From: the human T2T-CHM13v2.0 reference genome, Homo sapiens
Length of the DNA: 64,000 bases
Strand: one strand, 5' to 3'
Assembly (NCBI RefSeq): GCF_009914755.1
Contig: NC_060948.1
Made by a program: the position numbers and the translations under genes
The notes under the pieces: model-generated
What the model saw: only the letters and a program-made list of their open reading frames with translations
Database searches by the model: none
What the model was told of the DNA's origin: nothing
Part shown: piece by piece, positions 11,571 through 26,100 of the stretch
Position numbering within the stretch: position 1 is the stretch's first letter
Layout: each line of letters starts with the position of its first letter

Positions 11571-14500
11571 CGAGTATTTCAAAACTGCTCAATCAAATGG
11601 AAGGTTCAAAACCGTGACATGAATGCCCACATCACAAAGTAGTTTCTCAGAATGCTTCTGTGTAGTTTTTATGTGAAGATATTTCCTTTTCCACAACAGC
11701 GTGCAAAACGCTTCAAATATGCCCTTAGAGATTCCACAAAAAGAGTGTTTCCAAACTACTCAAATCAAAAAATGATTTCAACTCTGTGAGATGAATGCAC
11801 ACATCACAAACTAGTTTCTCAGAATGTTTCTGCCTGGTTCTCATGCGAAGATAGTTCCTTTTTCACCATAGGCCGCAATGTACTCCAAATATCCACCTGC
11901 AGATTCTACAAAAGTGAGTTTCAAAACTGCTCTATCAAAAGATCAGTTCGTCTCTGTGAGTTGAATGCATACATCAAAAAGAAGCTTCTCAAAATGCTTC
12001 TGTGTGGTTTTTCGGTGAAGATAGTTCTTTTTCTACCATAGGTCTCAAACCACTCCAAATATCCACTTGTAGATTCTATAAAAAGGAATGTTCAAAATTG
12101 CTCAATAAAAATAAAGTTTCAACACCGTGAGATGAGTGCACAAATCACAAAGGAGTTTCTCAAAATGCTTCTGGGTAGTTTTTCTGTGAAGATAGTTCCT
12201 TTTCTACCATGGGCCACAAAGGGCTCCAAATACCCACTTGCAGATTCTACAAAAAGAGAGTTTCACAACTGCTCTATCAAACAATATGTTCAACTTTGTG
12301 GGTTGAACACAAATATCACAAGAATTTTCTCCCAATGCTTCTGTGTAGTTTTTATGTGAAGACATTTCTTTTCCCTCCATAGTCCACAAAGTGCTCCAAA
12401 TATCCACTTACATATTCTAGAAAAAGATTGCTTGGAAACTGCACAATGAAAAGAAAGGTTCAAATATATGAGATGAATGCACACATCACAAAGAAGTTTC
12501 TCAGAATCTCTCTGTGTAATTTTTATGTGAAGATATTTCCTTTCCCACCTTAGGTCTTAAAACGCTCCAAATATCCACTTGCAGATACTACAAGAAGATT
12601 GTTTCAAAACTGCACAAAAAAAGAAATGTTCAATTCTGTTTGATGAATGCACACATCACAAAGAAGTTTCTCAGAATGCTTCTCTGTAGTTTTTATGTGA
12701 AGATATTTCCTTTTCCACAATAGGCCTCAAAGGGCTCCAAATATCCACTTCCAGATTCTATGAAAAGAATATTTCCAAACTGCTCAATCATAGGAAATGT
12801 TCAACTCTGTGAGATGAATGCACACATCACAAGAAATTTCTCAGAATCCTTCAGTGTAGGTTTTATGAGAAGATAATTCCTTTTCCACAATAGTTCTCAA
12901 AGCACTCAAAATATCCACTTGCAGATTCTACAAAAGGAGTATTTCAAAACTGCTCAATCAAAAGAAAGGTTCAACTCTGTGAGATGAATGGACACATCAC
13001 AAAGAAGTTTCTCAGAATGCTTCTGTGTAGTATTTTTGTGAAGATATTTCTTTTCCACCATAGACCGCCAGGGGACACAAATATCCACTTTCAGATTCTA
13101 CAACAAGAGAGGTTCAAAACTACTCGATCAAGAGATGGTTTCAACTATGTGAGTTGAATGCACACATCACAAAGAACTATGTCGGAATTCTTCTGTGTAG
13201 TTTTTATGTGAAGATATTTCCTTTTCCACAATAGACGTCAAAGTGATCCAGATATCCACTTGCAGATTCCACAAAAAGAGTGTTTCAAAAGTGCACAACC
13301 AAAAGAAAGGTTCAACTAGGTGAGATGAATGCACACATCAGAAGGAAGTTTCTCAGAATGCTTCTGCATAGCTTTTAAGGGAAGATACTTCCTTTTCCAA
13401 CATAGGCCTCAAAGCACTCCAAATATCCTCCTGGAGATACCACAAAAAGAGTGTTTGCAAACTGCTCAATCAAAAGAAAGATTTAACTCTGTGAGATGAA
13501 TCCACACATGACAAAGAAGTTTCTCAGAATGCTTCTGTGTAGTTTTTATGTGAAGATATTTCCTTTTCCACAATAAGACCCAAAAGGCTCCAAATATTCA
13601 CTTGCAGATTCTAAAAAAAACAGTGTTTCAAAACTGCTCAATCAAAAGATAGTTCAACTCTGTGAGAAGAATGCTCACATCACTGAGAAGTTTCTCAGAA
13701 TGCTTCTGTGTAGTTTTTATATGAAGATATTTCCTTTCCCACCGTAGGCCACAAAAGGCTCCAAATATCCACTTGCAGATACTATGAAAAGAGAGTTTCA
13801 AAACTGCTCATTCAAAAGATAGGTTCAACTCTGTGGTTTGAATGCACACAGCACAAAGAAGTTTCACAGAATGTGTCTGTGTAGTTTTTATGTGCGGATG
13901 TTTCCTTTTCCACCATATGCCTAAATATTTCCCAATTTCCACTTGCAGATTCCACAAGAAGAGTGTTTCAAAACTGCTGTATCAAATAAAGTTGAACTCT
14001 GTGAGGTGAATGCACACAGCACAAAATGGTTTCTCAGAATGCTTCCTTGTTGTTTTTATATGAAGATGTTTCCTTTTCAACAATAGGCCTCAAAGTGCTT
14101 CAAATGTCCACTTGCAGATTCTACAAAAAGAGTGTTTCAAAACTGCTCAATCAAAAGAAAGGTTCGACTCTGGGAAATTAATGCACACATCACAAAGAAG
14201 TTTCTCAGCTTCTGTGTAGTTTTCATGTGAAGTTATTTCCTTTTCCACAATAGGCCGCAAAGGGCTCCAAATATCAACTTACAGATTCTAGGAAAAGAGA
14301 GTTTCAAAACTGCTCTACGAAAAGATAGGTTGAACTCTGTGAGATGAATGCACACATCACAAAGAAGTTTCTCAGAATGCATCTGTGTAGTTTTTACGGG
14401 AAGACATTTCCTTTTCCACCATCTTCCACAAAGGTCTCCAAGTAACCACTTGCAGATTCTACAGAAAGACACTTTAAAAACTGCTCTATCAAAAGATCAG

Positions 14501-17355
14501 TTCAAGTCTGTGGTTTGAATGCACACATCACAAAGAATTTTCTCAGAATGCTTCTGTGTAGTTTTCATATGAAGATATTTCCTTTTCCACCATAGGCCTC
14601 AAAGCACTCCAAATATCCACTTGCAGATTCTACAAAAAGAGATTTTCAAAACTAGTCAATCAAAAGAAAGGTTCAACTCTGTCAGTTGAATGCACATATC
14701 ACAAACAAGTTTCTCGGAATGCGTCTGTGTAGTTTTTATGTGAAGATATTTCCTTCTCCACAACAGGCCTCAAAGTGCTCCGAATATCCACTTGCAGATT
14801 TTACTAAAGAGTGTTTCCAAACTGCTCAATCAAGAGGAAGTTTCAAGTCTGTGAGCTGAACGCACACATCACAAAGTAGTTTCTGAGAATGCTTCTGTGT
14901 AGTTTTTATGTGAAGATGTTTCCTTTTCCACCATAGGCTGCAAAGGGCTCCAAATATCCACTTGCAGATTCTACAAAAAGAGAGTTTCAAAAGTGCTCTA
15001 TCAAAAGATAGGTTCAACTATGTGATATGAATGCACACATCACAAAGTAGTTTCTCAGAATGCTTCTGTGTAGTTTTTATGTAAAGATATTTCCTTTTCC
15101 ACCATAGGCCTCAAAGCACTCCAAATATCCACTTGCAGATTCTACAAAAAGAGATTTTCAAAACTATTTAATCAAAAGAAAGGTTCAAATCTGTCAGTTG
15201 AAGGTACATATCACAAACAAGTTTATTGGAATGCTTCTGTGTAGTTTTTATGTGAAGATATTTCCTTTTCCACAACAGGCCTCAAGGTGCTCCAAATATC
15301 CACTTGCAGATTTCACTAAAAGTGTGTTTCCAAGCTGCTCAATCAAGAGGAAGTTTCAAGTCTGTGAGGTGAATGCACACATTACAAAGAAGTTACTGAG
15401 AATGCTTCTGTGTAGTTTTTATGTGAAGATATTTCCTTTTCCACCGCAGGCCTCAAAGCGCTGCAAATATCCACTTGCAGATTCTACAAAAAGAGAGTTT
15501 CAAAACTGCTGTATCAAAAGATAGGGTCAACTCTGCGAGTTGAATAAACACATCACAAATAAGTTTCTGGGAACGCTTCTGTATAGTTTTATGTGAATAT
15601 ATTTCCTTTTCCACCATATGCCTCAAAGCACTCCAAATATCCACTTGCACATTATAGAAACATAGTCTTTCAAAACTTGTCAATCAAAGAAAGGTTCAAC
15701 TCCGTGAGATGAGTGCACACATCACAGAGAAGTTTCTCGGAATGTTTCTGTGTAGTTTTTATGTGAAGATATTGCCTTTTCCACAATAGGCCTCAAAGCG
15801 TTCCAAATATCCAATTGCAGATTCCACAAAAAAAGTTTTTTAAAACTGCTCAATCAAATGATAGATTAAACTCTGTGAGATTAGTGCACACATGTCAAAA
15901 AAGTTTCTCAGAATGCTTCTGTGTACTTTTTAGGGGAAGATATTTCCTTTTCCACCATCGGCCACAAAGGACTCCAAATAACCACATGCAGATTCTAGTA
16001 ACACAGAGTTTCAAAACTGCTCTATCAAAAGATAAGTTCAACTCTGAGAGTTTAGTGCAACCATCGTGAAGAAGTTTCTCAGAATGCTTCTGAGTAGTGT
16101 TTATGTGAAGATATTTCCTTTTCCACCATAGGCCTGAAAGCCCTCCAAATATCCACTTGCAGATCCTACAAAAAGAAAGTTTCGAAATGCTCTCTCAAAC
16201 GATAGTTTCGACTCTGTGGTATGAATACACACATCACAAAGAAGTTTCTCAGAATGCTTCTGTGTAGTTTTTAAATGAAGATATTTCTTTTTCCACCATA
16301 GGCCTCAAAGCACTCCAAATATGCACTTCCAGATTCTACAAAAAGAGTGTTTCAGAACTGCTCAATCAAAAGGAAGGTTCCAGTCTGAGACAAATACACA
16401 CATCAAAAGGTAGTTTCTCAGAATGCTTCTGTGTAGTTTTTATGTGAAGATATTTTCCTTTCCACCATAGGCCACAAATGGCTCTAAATACCCACTTACA
16501 TTTTCCACAAAAAGAGAGTTTCAAAACTGCTCTACCAAAGGTAAGTTTAACGCTGTGAGTTAAGAACATCACAAAGAAGTTTCTCAGAATGCTTCTGTGT
16601 AGTTCTTACGTAAAGATATTTCCTTTTACACAATAGGCAGAAAAGTGCTCCAAATATCCACTTGAAGATTCTACAAAAACCGTGTTTCAAAACTGCCGAA
16701 TCAAAAGAAAGGTTCAACTCTGTGAGATGAATGCACACATAACAAAGGAGTTTCTCAGAATGCTTCTGTGTAGCTTTTATATGAAGACATTTAGTTTTCC
16801 ACAACAGGCCTCAAAGCTCTCTCCATATCCACTTGCAGATTCTACCGAAAGAGTGCTTCCAAACTGCTCAATCAAAAGAGACATTCAAATCTGTGAGGTG
16901 AATGCAGACATCGTAAAGAAGTTTCTCAGAATGCTTCTGTGTATTTTTTGTGTGAAGTTATTCGTTTTTGCACCATAGGCCTCCAAGCGTTCTAAATATC
17001 CACTTCTAGATTCTACAAAAAGAGAGTTTCAAAACTACTCAAACAAAAGGTTCAATTCTGTGAGTTGAAAGCAAACATCACAAAGAAGTTTCTCAGAATG
17101 CGTCTGTGTAGTTTTGATGTGAAGATATTTCCTTTTCACAGTAGAATGCAAAGGGCTCCAAATATCCACTTGGAGATTCTACAAAAAGAGTTTCAAAACC
17201 GCTCTGTCAAATGATAGGTTGAACTCCCGGAGGTGAATACACACATCACAAAGAGGTTTCTCAGCATGCTTCTGTGTAGTTTTTATGTAAACATATTTCC
17301 GTTTCTATCATAGGCCTCAAAGTGCTCCAAATATTCACTTGTACATTCTACCAAA
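11571..17355. repeat. HOR copy 3 (matches local consensus)
   Basis: 5,785 bp. No minor alleles seen by eye. Confidence 0.93.
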
Positions 17356-20300
17356 CGAGTATTTCAAAACTGCTCAATCAAACGGAAGGTTCAAAACCGT
17401 GACATGAATGCCCACATCACAAAGTAGTTTCTCAGAATGCTTCTGTGTAGTTTTTATGTGAAGATATTTCCTTTTCCACAACAGCGTGCAAAACGCTTCA
17501 AATATGCCCTTAGAGATTCCACAAAAAGAGTGTTTCCAAACTACTCAAATCAAAAAATGATTTCAACTCTGTGAGATGAATGCACACATCACAAACTAGT
17601 TTCTCAGAATGTTTCTGCCTGGTTCTCATGCGAAGATAGTTCCTTTTTCACCATAGGCCGCAATGTACTCCAAATATCCACCTGCAGATTCTACAAAAGT
17701 GAGTTTCAAAACTGCTCTATCAAAAGATCAGTTCGTCTCTGTGAGTTGAATGCATACATCAAAAAGAAGCTTCTCAAAATGCTTCTGTGTGGTTTTTCGG
17801 TGAAGATAGTTCTTTTTCTACCATAGGTCTCAAACCACTCCAAATATCCACTTGTAGATTCTATAAAAAGGAATGTTCAAAATTGCTCAATAAAAATAAA
17901 GTTTCAACACCGTGAGATGAGTGCACAAATCACAAAGGAGTTTCTCAAAATGCTTCTGGGTAGTTTTTCTGTGAAGATAGTTCCTTTTCTACCATGGGCC
18001 ACAAAGGGCTCCAAATACCCACTTGCAGATTCTACAAAAAGAGAGTTTCACAACTGCTCTATCAAACAATATGTTCAACTTTGTGGGTTGAACACAAATA
18101 TCACAAGAATTTTCTCCCAATGCTTCTGTGTAGTTTTTATGTGAAGACATTTCTTTTCCCTCCATAGTCCACAAAGTGCTCCAAATATCCACTTACATAT
18201 TCTAGAAAAAGATTGCTTGGAAACTGCACAATGAAAAGAAAGGTTCAAATATATGAGATGAATGCACACATCACAAAGAAGTTTCTCAGAATCTCTCTGT
18301 GTAATTTTTATGTGAAGATATTTCCTTTCCCACCTTAGGTCTTAAAACGCTCCAAATATCCACTTGCAGATACTACAAGAAGATTGTTTCAAAACTGCAC
18401 AAAAAAAGAAATGTTCAATTCTGTTTGATGAATGCACACATCACAAAGAAGTTTCTCAGAATGCTTCTCTGTAGTTTTTATGTGAAGATATTTCCTTTTC
18501 CACAATAGGCCTCAAAGGGCTCCAAATATCCACTTCCAGATTCTATGAAAAGAATATTTCCAAACTGCTCAATCATAGGAAATGTTCAACTCTGTGAGAT
18601 GAATGCACACATCACAAGAAATTTCTCAGAATCCTTCAGTGTAGGTTTTATGAGAAGATAATTCCTTTTCCACAATAGTTCTCAAAGCACTCAAAATATC
18701 CACTTGCAGATTCTACAAAAGGAGTATTTCAAAACTGCTCAATCAAAAGAAAGGTTCAACTCTGTGAGATGAATGGACACATCACAAAGAAGTTTCTCAG
18801 AATGCTTCTGTGTAGTATTTTTGTGAAGATATTTCTTTTCCACCATAGACCGCCAGGGGACACAAATATCCACTTTCAGATTCTACAACAAGAGAGGTTC
18901 AAAACTACTCGATCAAGAGATGGTTTCAACTATGTGAGTTGAATGCACACATCACAAAGAACTATGTCGGAATTCTTCTGTGTAGTTTTTATGTGAAGAT
19001 ATTTCCTTTTCCACAATAGACGTCAAAGTGATCCAGATATCCACTTGCAGATTCCACAAAAAGAGTGTTTCAAAAGTGCACAACCAAAAGAAAGGTTCAA
19101 CTAGGTGAGATGAATGCACACATCAGAAGGAAGTTTCTCAGAATGCTTCTGCATAGCTTTTAAGGGAAGATACTTCCTTTTCCAACATAGGCCTCAAAGC
19201 ACTCCAAATATCCTCCTGGAGATACCACAAAAAGAGTGTTTGCAAACTGCTCAATCAAAAGAAAGATTTAACTCTGTGAGATGAATCCACACATGACAAA
19301 GAAGTTTCTCAGAATGCTTCTGTGTAGTTTTTATGTGAAGATATTTCCTTTTCCACAATAAGACCCAAAAGGCTCCAAATATTCACTTGCAGATTCTAAA
19401 AAAAACAGTGTTTCAAAACTGCTCAATCAAAAGATAGTTCAACTCTGTGAGAAGAATGCTCACATCACTGAGAAGTTTCTCAGAATGCTTCTGTGTAGTT
19501 TTTATATGAAGATATTTCCTTTCCCACCGTAGGCCACAAAAGGCTCCAAATATCCACTTGCAGATACTATGAAAAGAGAGTTTCAAAACTGCTCATTCAA
19601 AAGATAGGTTCAACTCTGTGGTTTGAATGCACACAGCACAAAGAAGTTTCACAGAATGTGTCTGTGTAGTTTTTATGTGCGGATGTTTCCTTTTCCACCA
19701 TATGCCTAAATATTTCCCAATTTCCACTTGCAGATTCCACAAGAAGAGTGTTTCAAAACTGCTGTATCAAATAAAGTTGAACTCTGTGAGGTGAATGCAC
19801 ACAGCACAAAATGGTTTCTCAGAATGCTTCCTTGTTGTTTTTATATGAAGATGTTTCCTTTTCAACAATAGGCCTCAAAGTGCTTCAAATGTCCACTTGC
19901 AGATTCTACAAAAAGAGTGTTTCAAAACTGCTCAATCAAAAGAAAGGTTCGACTCTGGGAAATTAATGCACACATCACAAAGAAGTTTCTCAGCTTCTGT
20001 GTAGTTTTCATGTGAAGTTATTTCCTTTTCCACAATAGGCCGCAAAGGGCTCCAAATATCAACTTACAGATTCTAGGAAAAGAGAGTTTCAAAACTGCTC
20101 TACGAAAAGATAGGTTGAACTCTGTGAGATGAATGCACACATCACAAAGAAGTTTCTCAGAATGCATCTGTGTAGTTTTTACGGGAAGACATTTCCTTTT
20201 CCACCATCTTCCACAAAGGTCTCCAAGTAACCACTTGCAGATTCTACAGAAAGACACTTTAAAAACTGCTCTATCAAAAGATCAGTTCAAGTCTGTGGTT

Positions 20301-23140
20301 TGAATGCACACATCACAAAGAATTTTCTCAGAATGCTTCTGTGTAGTTTTCATATGAAGATATTTCCTTTTCCACCATAGGCCTCAAAGCACTCCAAATA
20401 TCCACTTGCAGATTCTACAAAAAGAGATTTTCAAAACTAGTCAATCAAAAGAAAGGTTCAACTCTGTCAGTTGAATGCACATATCACAAACAAGTTTCTC
20501 GGAATGCGTCTGTGTAGTTTTTATGTGAAGATATTTCCTTCTCCACAACAGGCCTCAAAGTGCTCCGAATATCCACTTGCAGATTTTACTAAAGAGTGTT
20601 TCCAAACTGCTCAATCAAGAGGAAGTTTCAAGTCTGTGAGCTGAACGCACACATCACAAAGTAGTTTCTGAGAATGCTTCTGTGTAGTTTTTATGTGAAG
20701 ATGTTTCCTTTTCCACCATAGGCTGCAAAGGGCTCCAAATATCCACTTGCAGATTCTACAAAAAGAGAGTTTCAAAAGTGCTCTATCAAAAGATAGGTTC
20801 AACTATGTGATATGAATGCACACATCACAAAGTAGTTTCTCAGAATGCTTCTGTGTAGTTTTTATGTAAAGATATTTCCTTTTCCACCATAGGCCTCAAA
20901 GCACTCCAAATATCCACTTGCAGATTCTACAAAAAGAGATTTTCAAAACTATTTAATCAAAAGAAAGGTTCAAATCTGTCAGTTGAAGGTACATATCACA
21001 AACAAGTTTATTGGAATGCTTCTGTGTAGTTTTTATGTGAAGATATTTCCTTTTCCACAACAGGCCTCCAGGTGCTCCAAATATCCACTTGCAGATTTCA
21101 CTAAAAGTGTGTTTCCAAGCTGCTCAATCAAGAGGAAGTTTCAAGTCTGTCAGGTGAATGCACACATTACAAAGAAGTTACTGAGAATGCTTCTGTGTAG
21201 TTTTTATGTGAAGATATTTCCTTTTCCACCGCAGGCCTCAAAGCGCTGCAAATATCCACTTGCAGATTCTACAAAAAGAGAGTTTCAAAACTGCTGTATC
21301 AAAAGATAGGGTCAACTCTGCGAGTTGAATAAACACATCACAAATAAGTTTCTGGGAACGCTTCTGTATAGTTTTATGTGAATATATTTCCTTTTCCACC
21401 ATATGCCTCAAAGCACTCCAAATATCCACTTGCACATTATAGAAACATAGTCTTTCAAAACTTGTCAATCAAAGAAAGGTTCAACTCCGTGAGATGAGTG
21501 CACACATCACAGAGAAGTTTCTCGGAATGTTTCTGTGTAGTTTTTATGTGAAGATATTGCCTTTTCCACAATAGGCCTCAAAGCGTTCCAAATATCCAAT
21601 TGCAGATTCCACAAAAAAAGTTTTTTAAAACTGCTCAATCAAATGATAGATTAAACTCTGTGAGATTAGTGCACACATGTCAAAAAAGTTTCTCAGAATG
21701 CTTCTGTGTACTTTTTAGGGGAAGATATTTCCTTTTCCACCATCGGCCACAAAGGACTCCAAATAACCACATGCAGATTCTAGTAACACAGAGTTTCAAA
21801 ACTGCTCTATCAAAAGATAAGTTCAACTCTGAGAGTTTAGTGCAACCATCGTGAAGAAGTTTCTCAGAATGCTTCTGAGTAGTGTTTATGTGAAGATATT
21901 TCCTTTTCCACCATAGGCCTGAAAGCCCTCCAAATATCCACTTGCAGATCCTACAAAAAGAAAGTTTCGAAATGCTCTCTCAAACGATAGTTTCGACTCT
22001 GTGGTATGAATACACACATCACAAAGAAGTTTCTCAGAATGCTTCTGTGTAGTTTTTAAATGAAGATATTTCTTTTTCCACCATAGGCCTCAAAGCACTC
22101 CAAATATGCACTTCCAGATTCTACAAAAAGAGTGTTTCAGAACTGCTCAATCAAAAGGAAGGTTCCAGTCTGAGACAAATACACACATCAAAAGGTAGTT
22201 TCTCAGAATGCTTCTGTGTAGTTTTTATGTGAAGATATTTTCCTTTCCACCATAGGCCACAAATGGCTCTAAATACCCACTTACATTTTCCACAAAAAGA
22301 GAGTTTCAAAACTGCTCTACCAAAGGTAAGTTTAACGCTGTGAGTTAAGAACATCACAAAGAAGTTTCTCAGAATGCTTCTGTGTAGTTCTTACGTAAAG
22401 ATATTTCCTTTTACACAATAGGCAGAAAAGTGCTCCAAATATCCACTTGAAGATTCTACAAAAACCGTGTTTCAAAACTGCCGAATCAAAAGAAAGGTTC
22501 AACTCTGTGAGATGAATGCACACATAACAAAGGAGTTTCTCAGAATGCTTCTGTGTAGCTTTTATATGAAGACATTTAGTTTTCCACAACAGGCCTCAAA
22601 GCTCTCTCCATATCCACTTGCAGATTCTACCGAAAGAGTGCTTCCAAACTGCTCAATCAAAAGAGACATTCAAATCTGTGAGGTGAATGCAGACATCGTA
22701 AAGAAGTTTCTCAGAATGCTTCTGTGTATTTTTTGTGTGAAGTTATTCGTTTTTGCACCATAGGCCTCCAAGCGTTCTAAATATCCACTTCTAGATTCTA
22801 CAAAAAGAGAGTTTCAAAACTACTCAAACAAAAGGTTCAATTCTGTGAGTTGAAAGCAAACATCACAAAGAAGTTTCTCAGAATGCGTCTGTGTAGTTTT
22901 GATGTGAAGATATTTCCTTTTCACAGTAGAATGCAAAGGGCTCCAAATATCCACTTGGAGATTCTACAAAAAGAGTTTCAAAACCGCTCTGTCAAATGAT
23001 AGGTTGAACTCCCGGAGGTGAATACACACATCACAAAGAGGTTTCTCAGCATGCTTCTGTGTAGTTTTTATGTAAACATATTTCCGTTTCTATCATAGGC
23101 CTCAAAGTGCTCCAAATATTCACTTGTACATTCTACCAAA
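17356..23140. repeat. HOR copy 4
   Basis: 5,785 bp. Variants: 17383 T>C, 21069 A>C, 21151 G>C. Confidence 0.95.
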
Positions 23141-26100
23141 CGAGTATTTCAAAACTGCTCAATCAAATGGAAGGTTCAAAACCGTGACATGAATGCCCAC
23201 ATCACAAAGTAGTTTCTCAGAATGCTTCTGTGTAGTTTTTATGTGAAGATATTTCCTTTTCCACAACAGCGTGCAAAACGCTTCAAATATGCCCTTAGAG
23301 ATTCCACAAAAAGAGTGTTTCCAAACTACTCAAATCAAAAAATGATTTCAACTCTGTGAGATGAATGCACACATCACAAACTAGTTTCTCAGAATGTTTC
23401 TGCCTGGTTCTCATGCGAAGATAGTTCCTTTTTCACCATAGGCCGCAATGTACTCCAAATATCCACCTGCAGATTCTACAAAAGTGAGTTTCAAAACTGC
23501 TCTATCAAAAGATCAGTTCGTCTCTGTGAGTTGAATGCATACATCAAAAAGAAGCTTCTCAAAATGCTTCTGTGTGGTTTTTCGGTGAAGATAGTTCTTT
23601 TTCTACCATAGGTCTCAAACCACTCCAAATATCCACTTGTAGATTCTATAAAAAGGAATGTTCAAAATTGCTCAATAAAAATAAAGTTTCAACACCGTGA
23701 GATGAGTGCACAAATCACAAAGGAGTTTCTCAAAATGCTTCTGGGTAGTTTTTCTGTGAAGATAGTTCCTTTTCTACCATGGGCCACAAAGGGCTCCAAA
23801 TACCCACTTGCAGATTCTACAAAAAGAGAGTTTCACAACTGCTCTATCAAACAATATGTTCAACTTTGTGGGTTGAACACAAATATCACAAGAATTTTCT
23901 CCCAATGCTTCTGTGTAGTTTTTATGTGAAGACATTTCTTTTCCCTCCATAGTCCACAAAGTGCTCCAAATATCCACTTACATATTCTAGAAAAAGATTG
24001 CTTGGAAACTGCACAATGAAAAGAAAGGTTCAAATATATGAGATGAATGCACACATCACAAAGAAGTTTCTCAGAATCTCTCTGTGTAATTTTTATGTGA
24101 AGATATTTCCTTTCCCACCTTAGGTCTTAAAACGCTCCAAATATCCACTTGCAGATACTACAAGAAGATTGTTTCAAAACTGCACAAAAAAAGAAATGTT
24201 CAATTCTGTTTGATGAATGCACACATCACAAAGAAGTTTCTCAGAATGCTTCTCTGTAGTTTTTATGTGAAGATATTTCCTTTTCCACAATAGGCCTCAA
24301 AGGGCTCCAAATATCCACTTCCAGATTCTATGAAAAGAATATTTCCAAACTGCTCAATCATAGGAAATGTTCAACTCTGTGAGATGAATGCACACATCAC
24401 AAGAAATTTCTCAGAATCCTTCAGTGTAGGTTTTATGAGAAGACAATTCCTTTTCCACAATAGTTCTCAAAGCACTCAAAATATCCACTTGCAGATTCTA
24501 CAAAAGGAGTATTTCAAAACTGCTCAATCAAAAGAAAGGTTCAACTCTGTGAGATGAATGGACACATCACAAAGAAGTTTCTCAGAATGCTTCTGTGTAG
24601 TATTTTTGTGAAGATATTTCTTTTCCACCATAGACCGCCAGGGGACACAAATATCCACTTTCAGATTCTACAACAAGAGAGGTTCAAAACTACTCGATCA
24701 AGAGATGGTTTCAACTATGTGAGTTGAATGCACACATCACAAAGAACTATGTCGGAATTCTTCTGTGTAGTTTTTATGTGAAGATATTTCCTTTTCCACA
24801 ATAGACGTCAAAGTGATCCAGATATCCACTTGCAGATTCCACAAAAAGAGTGTTTCAAAAGTGCACAACCAAAAGAAAGGTTCAACTAGGTGAGATGAAT
24901 GCACACATCAGAAGGAAGTTTCTCAGAATGCTTCTGCATAGCTTTTAAGGGAAGATACTTCCTTTTCCAACATAGGCCTCAAAGCACTCCAAATATCCTC
25001 CTGGAGATACCACAAAAAGAGTGTTTGCAAACTGCTCAATCAAAAGAAAGATTTAACTCTGTGAGATGAATCCACACATGACAAAGAAGTTTCTCAGAAT
25101 GCTTCTGTGTAGTTTTTATGTGAAGATATTTCCTTTTCCACAATAAGACCCAAAAGGCTCCAAATATTCACTTGCAGATTCTAAAAAAAACAGTGTTTCA
25201 AAACTGCTCAATCAAAAGATAGTTCAACTCTGTGAGAAGAATGCTCACATCACTGAGAAGTTTCTCAGAATGCTTCTGTGTAGTTTTTATATGAAGATAT
25301 TTCCTTTCCCACCGTAGGCCACAAAAGGCTCCAAATATCCACTTGCAGATACTATGAAAAGAGAGTTTCAAAACTGCTCATTCAAAAGATAGGTTCAACT
25401 CTGTGGTTTGAATGCACACAGCACAAAGAAGTTTCACAGAATGTGTCTGTGTAGTTTTTATGTGCGGATGTTTCCTTTTCCACCATATGCCTAAATATTT
25501 CCCAATTTCCACTTGCAGATTCCACAAGAAGAGTGTTTCAAAACTGCTGTATCAAATAAAGTTGAACTCTGTGAGGTGAATGCACACAGCACAAAATGGT
25601 TTCTCAGAATGCTTCCTTGTTGTTTTTATATGAAGATGTTTCCTTTTCAACAATAGGCCTCAAAGTGCTTCAAATGTCCACTTGCAGATTCTACAAAAAG
25701 AGTGTTTCAAAACTGCTCAATCAAAAGAAAAGTTCGACTCTGGGAAATTAATGCACACATCACAAAGAAGTTTCTCAGCTTCTGTGTAGTTTTCATGTGA
25801 AGTTATTTCCTTTTCCACAATAGGCCGCAAAGGGCTCCAAATATCAACTTACAGATTCTAGGAAAAGAGAGTTTCAAAACTGCTCTACGAAAAGATAGGT
25901 TGAACTCTGTGAGATGAATGCACACATCACAAAGAAGTTTCTCAGAATGCATCTGTGTAGTTTTTACGGGAAGACATTTCCTTTTCCACCATCTTCCACA
26001 AAGGTCTCCAAGTAACCACTTGCAGATTCTACAGAAAGACACTTTAAAAACTGCTCTATCAAAAGATCAGTTCAAGTCTGTGGTTTGAATGCACACATCA

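Noticed and set aside
24330-24557. ORF unique to copy 5
   Set aside because: Created by one T>C change at 24444 that removes a TAA stop; a chance by-product with no coding evidence.
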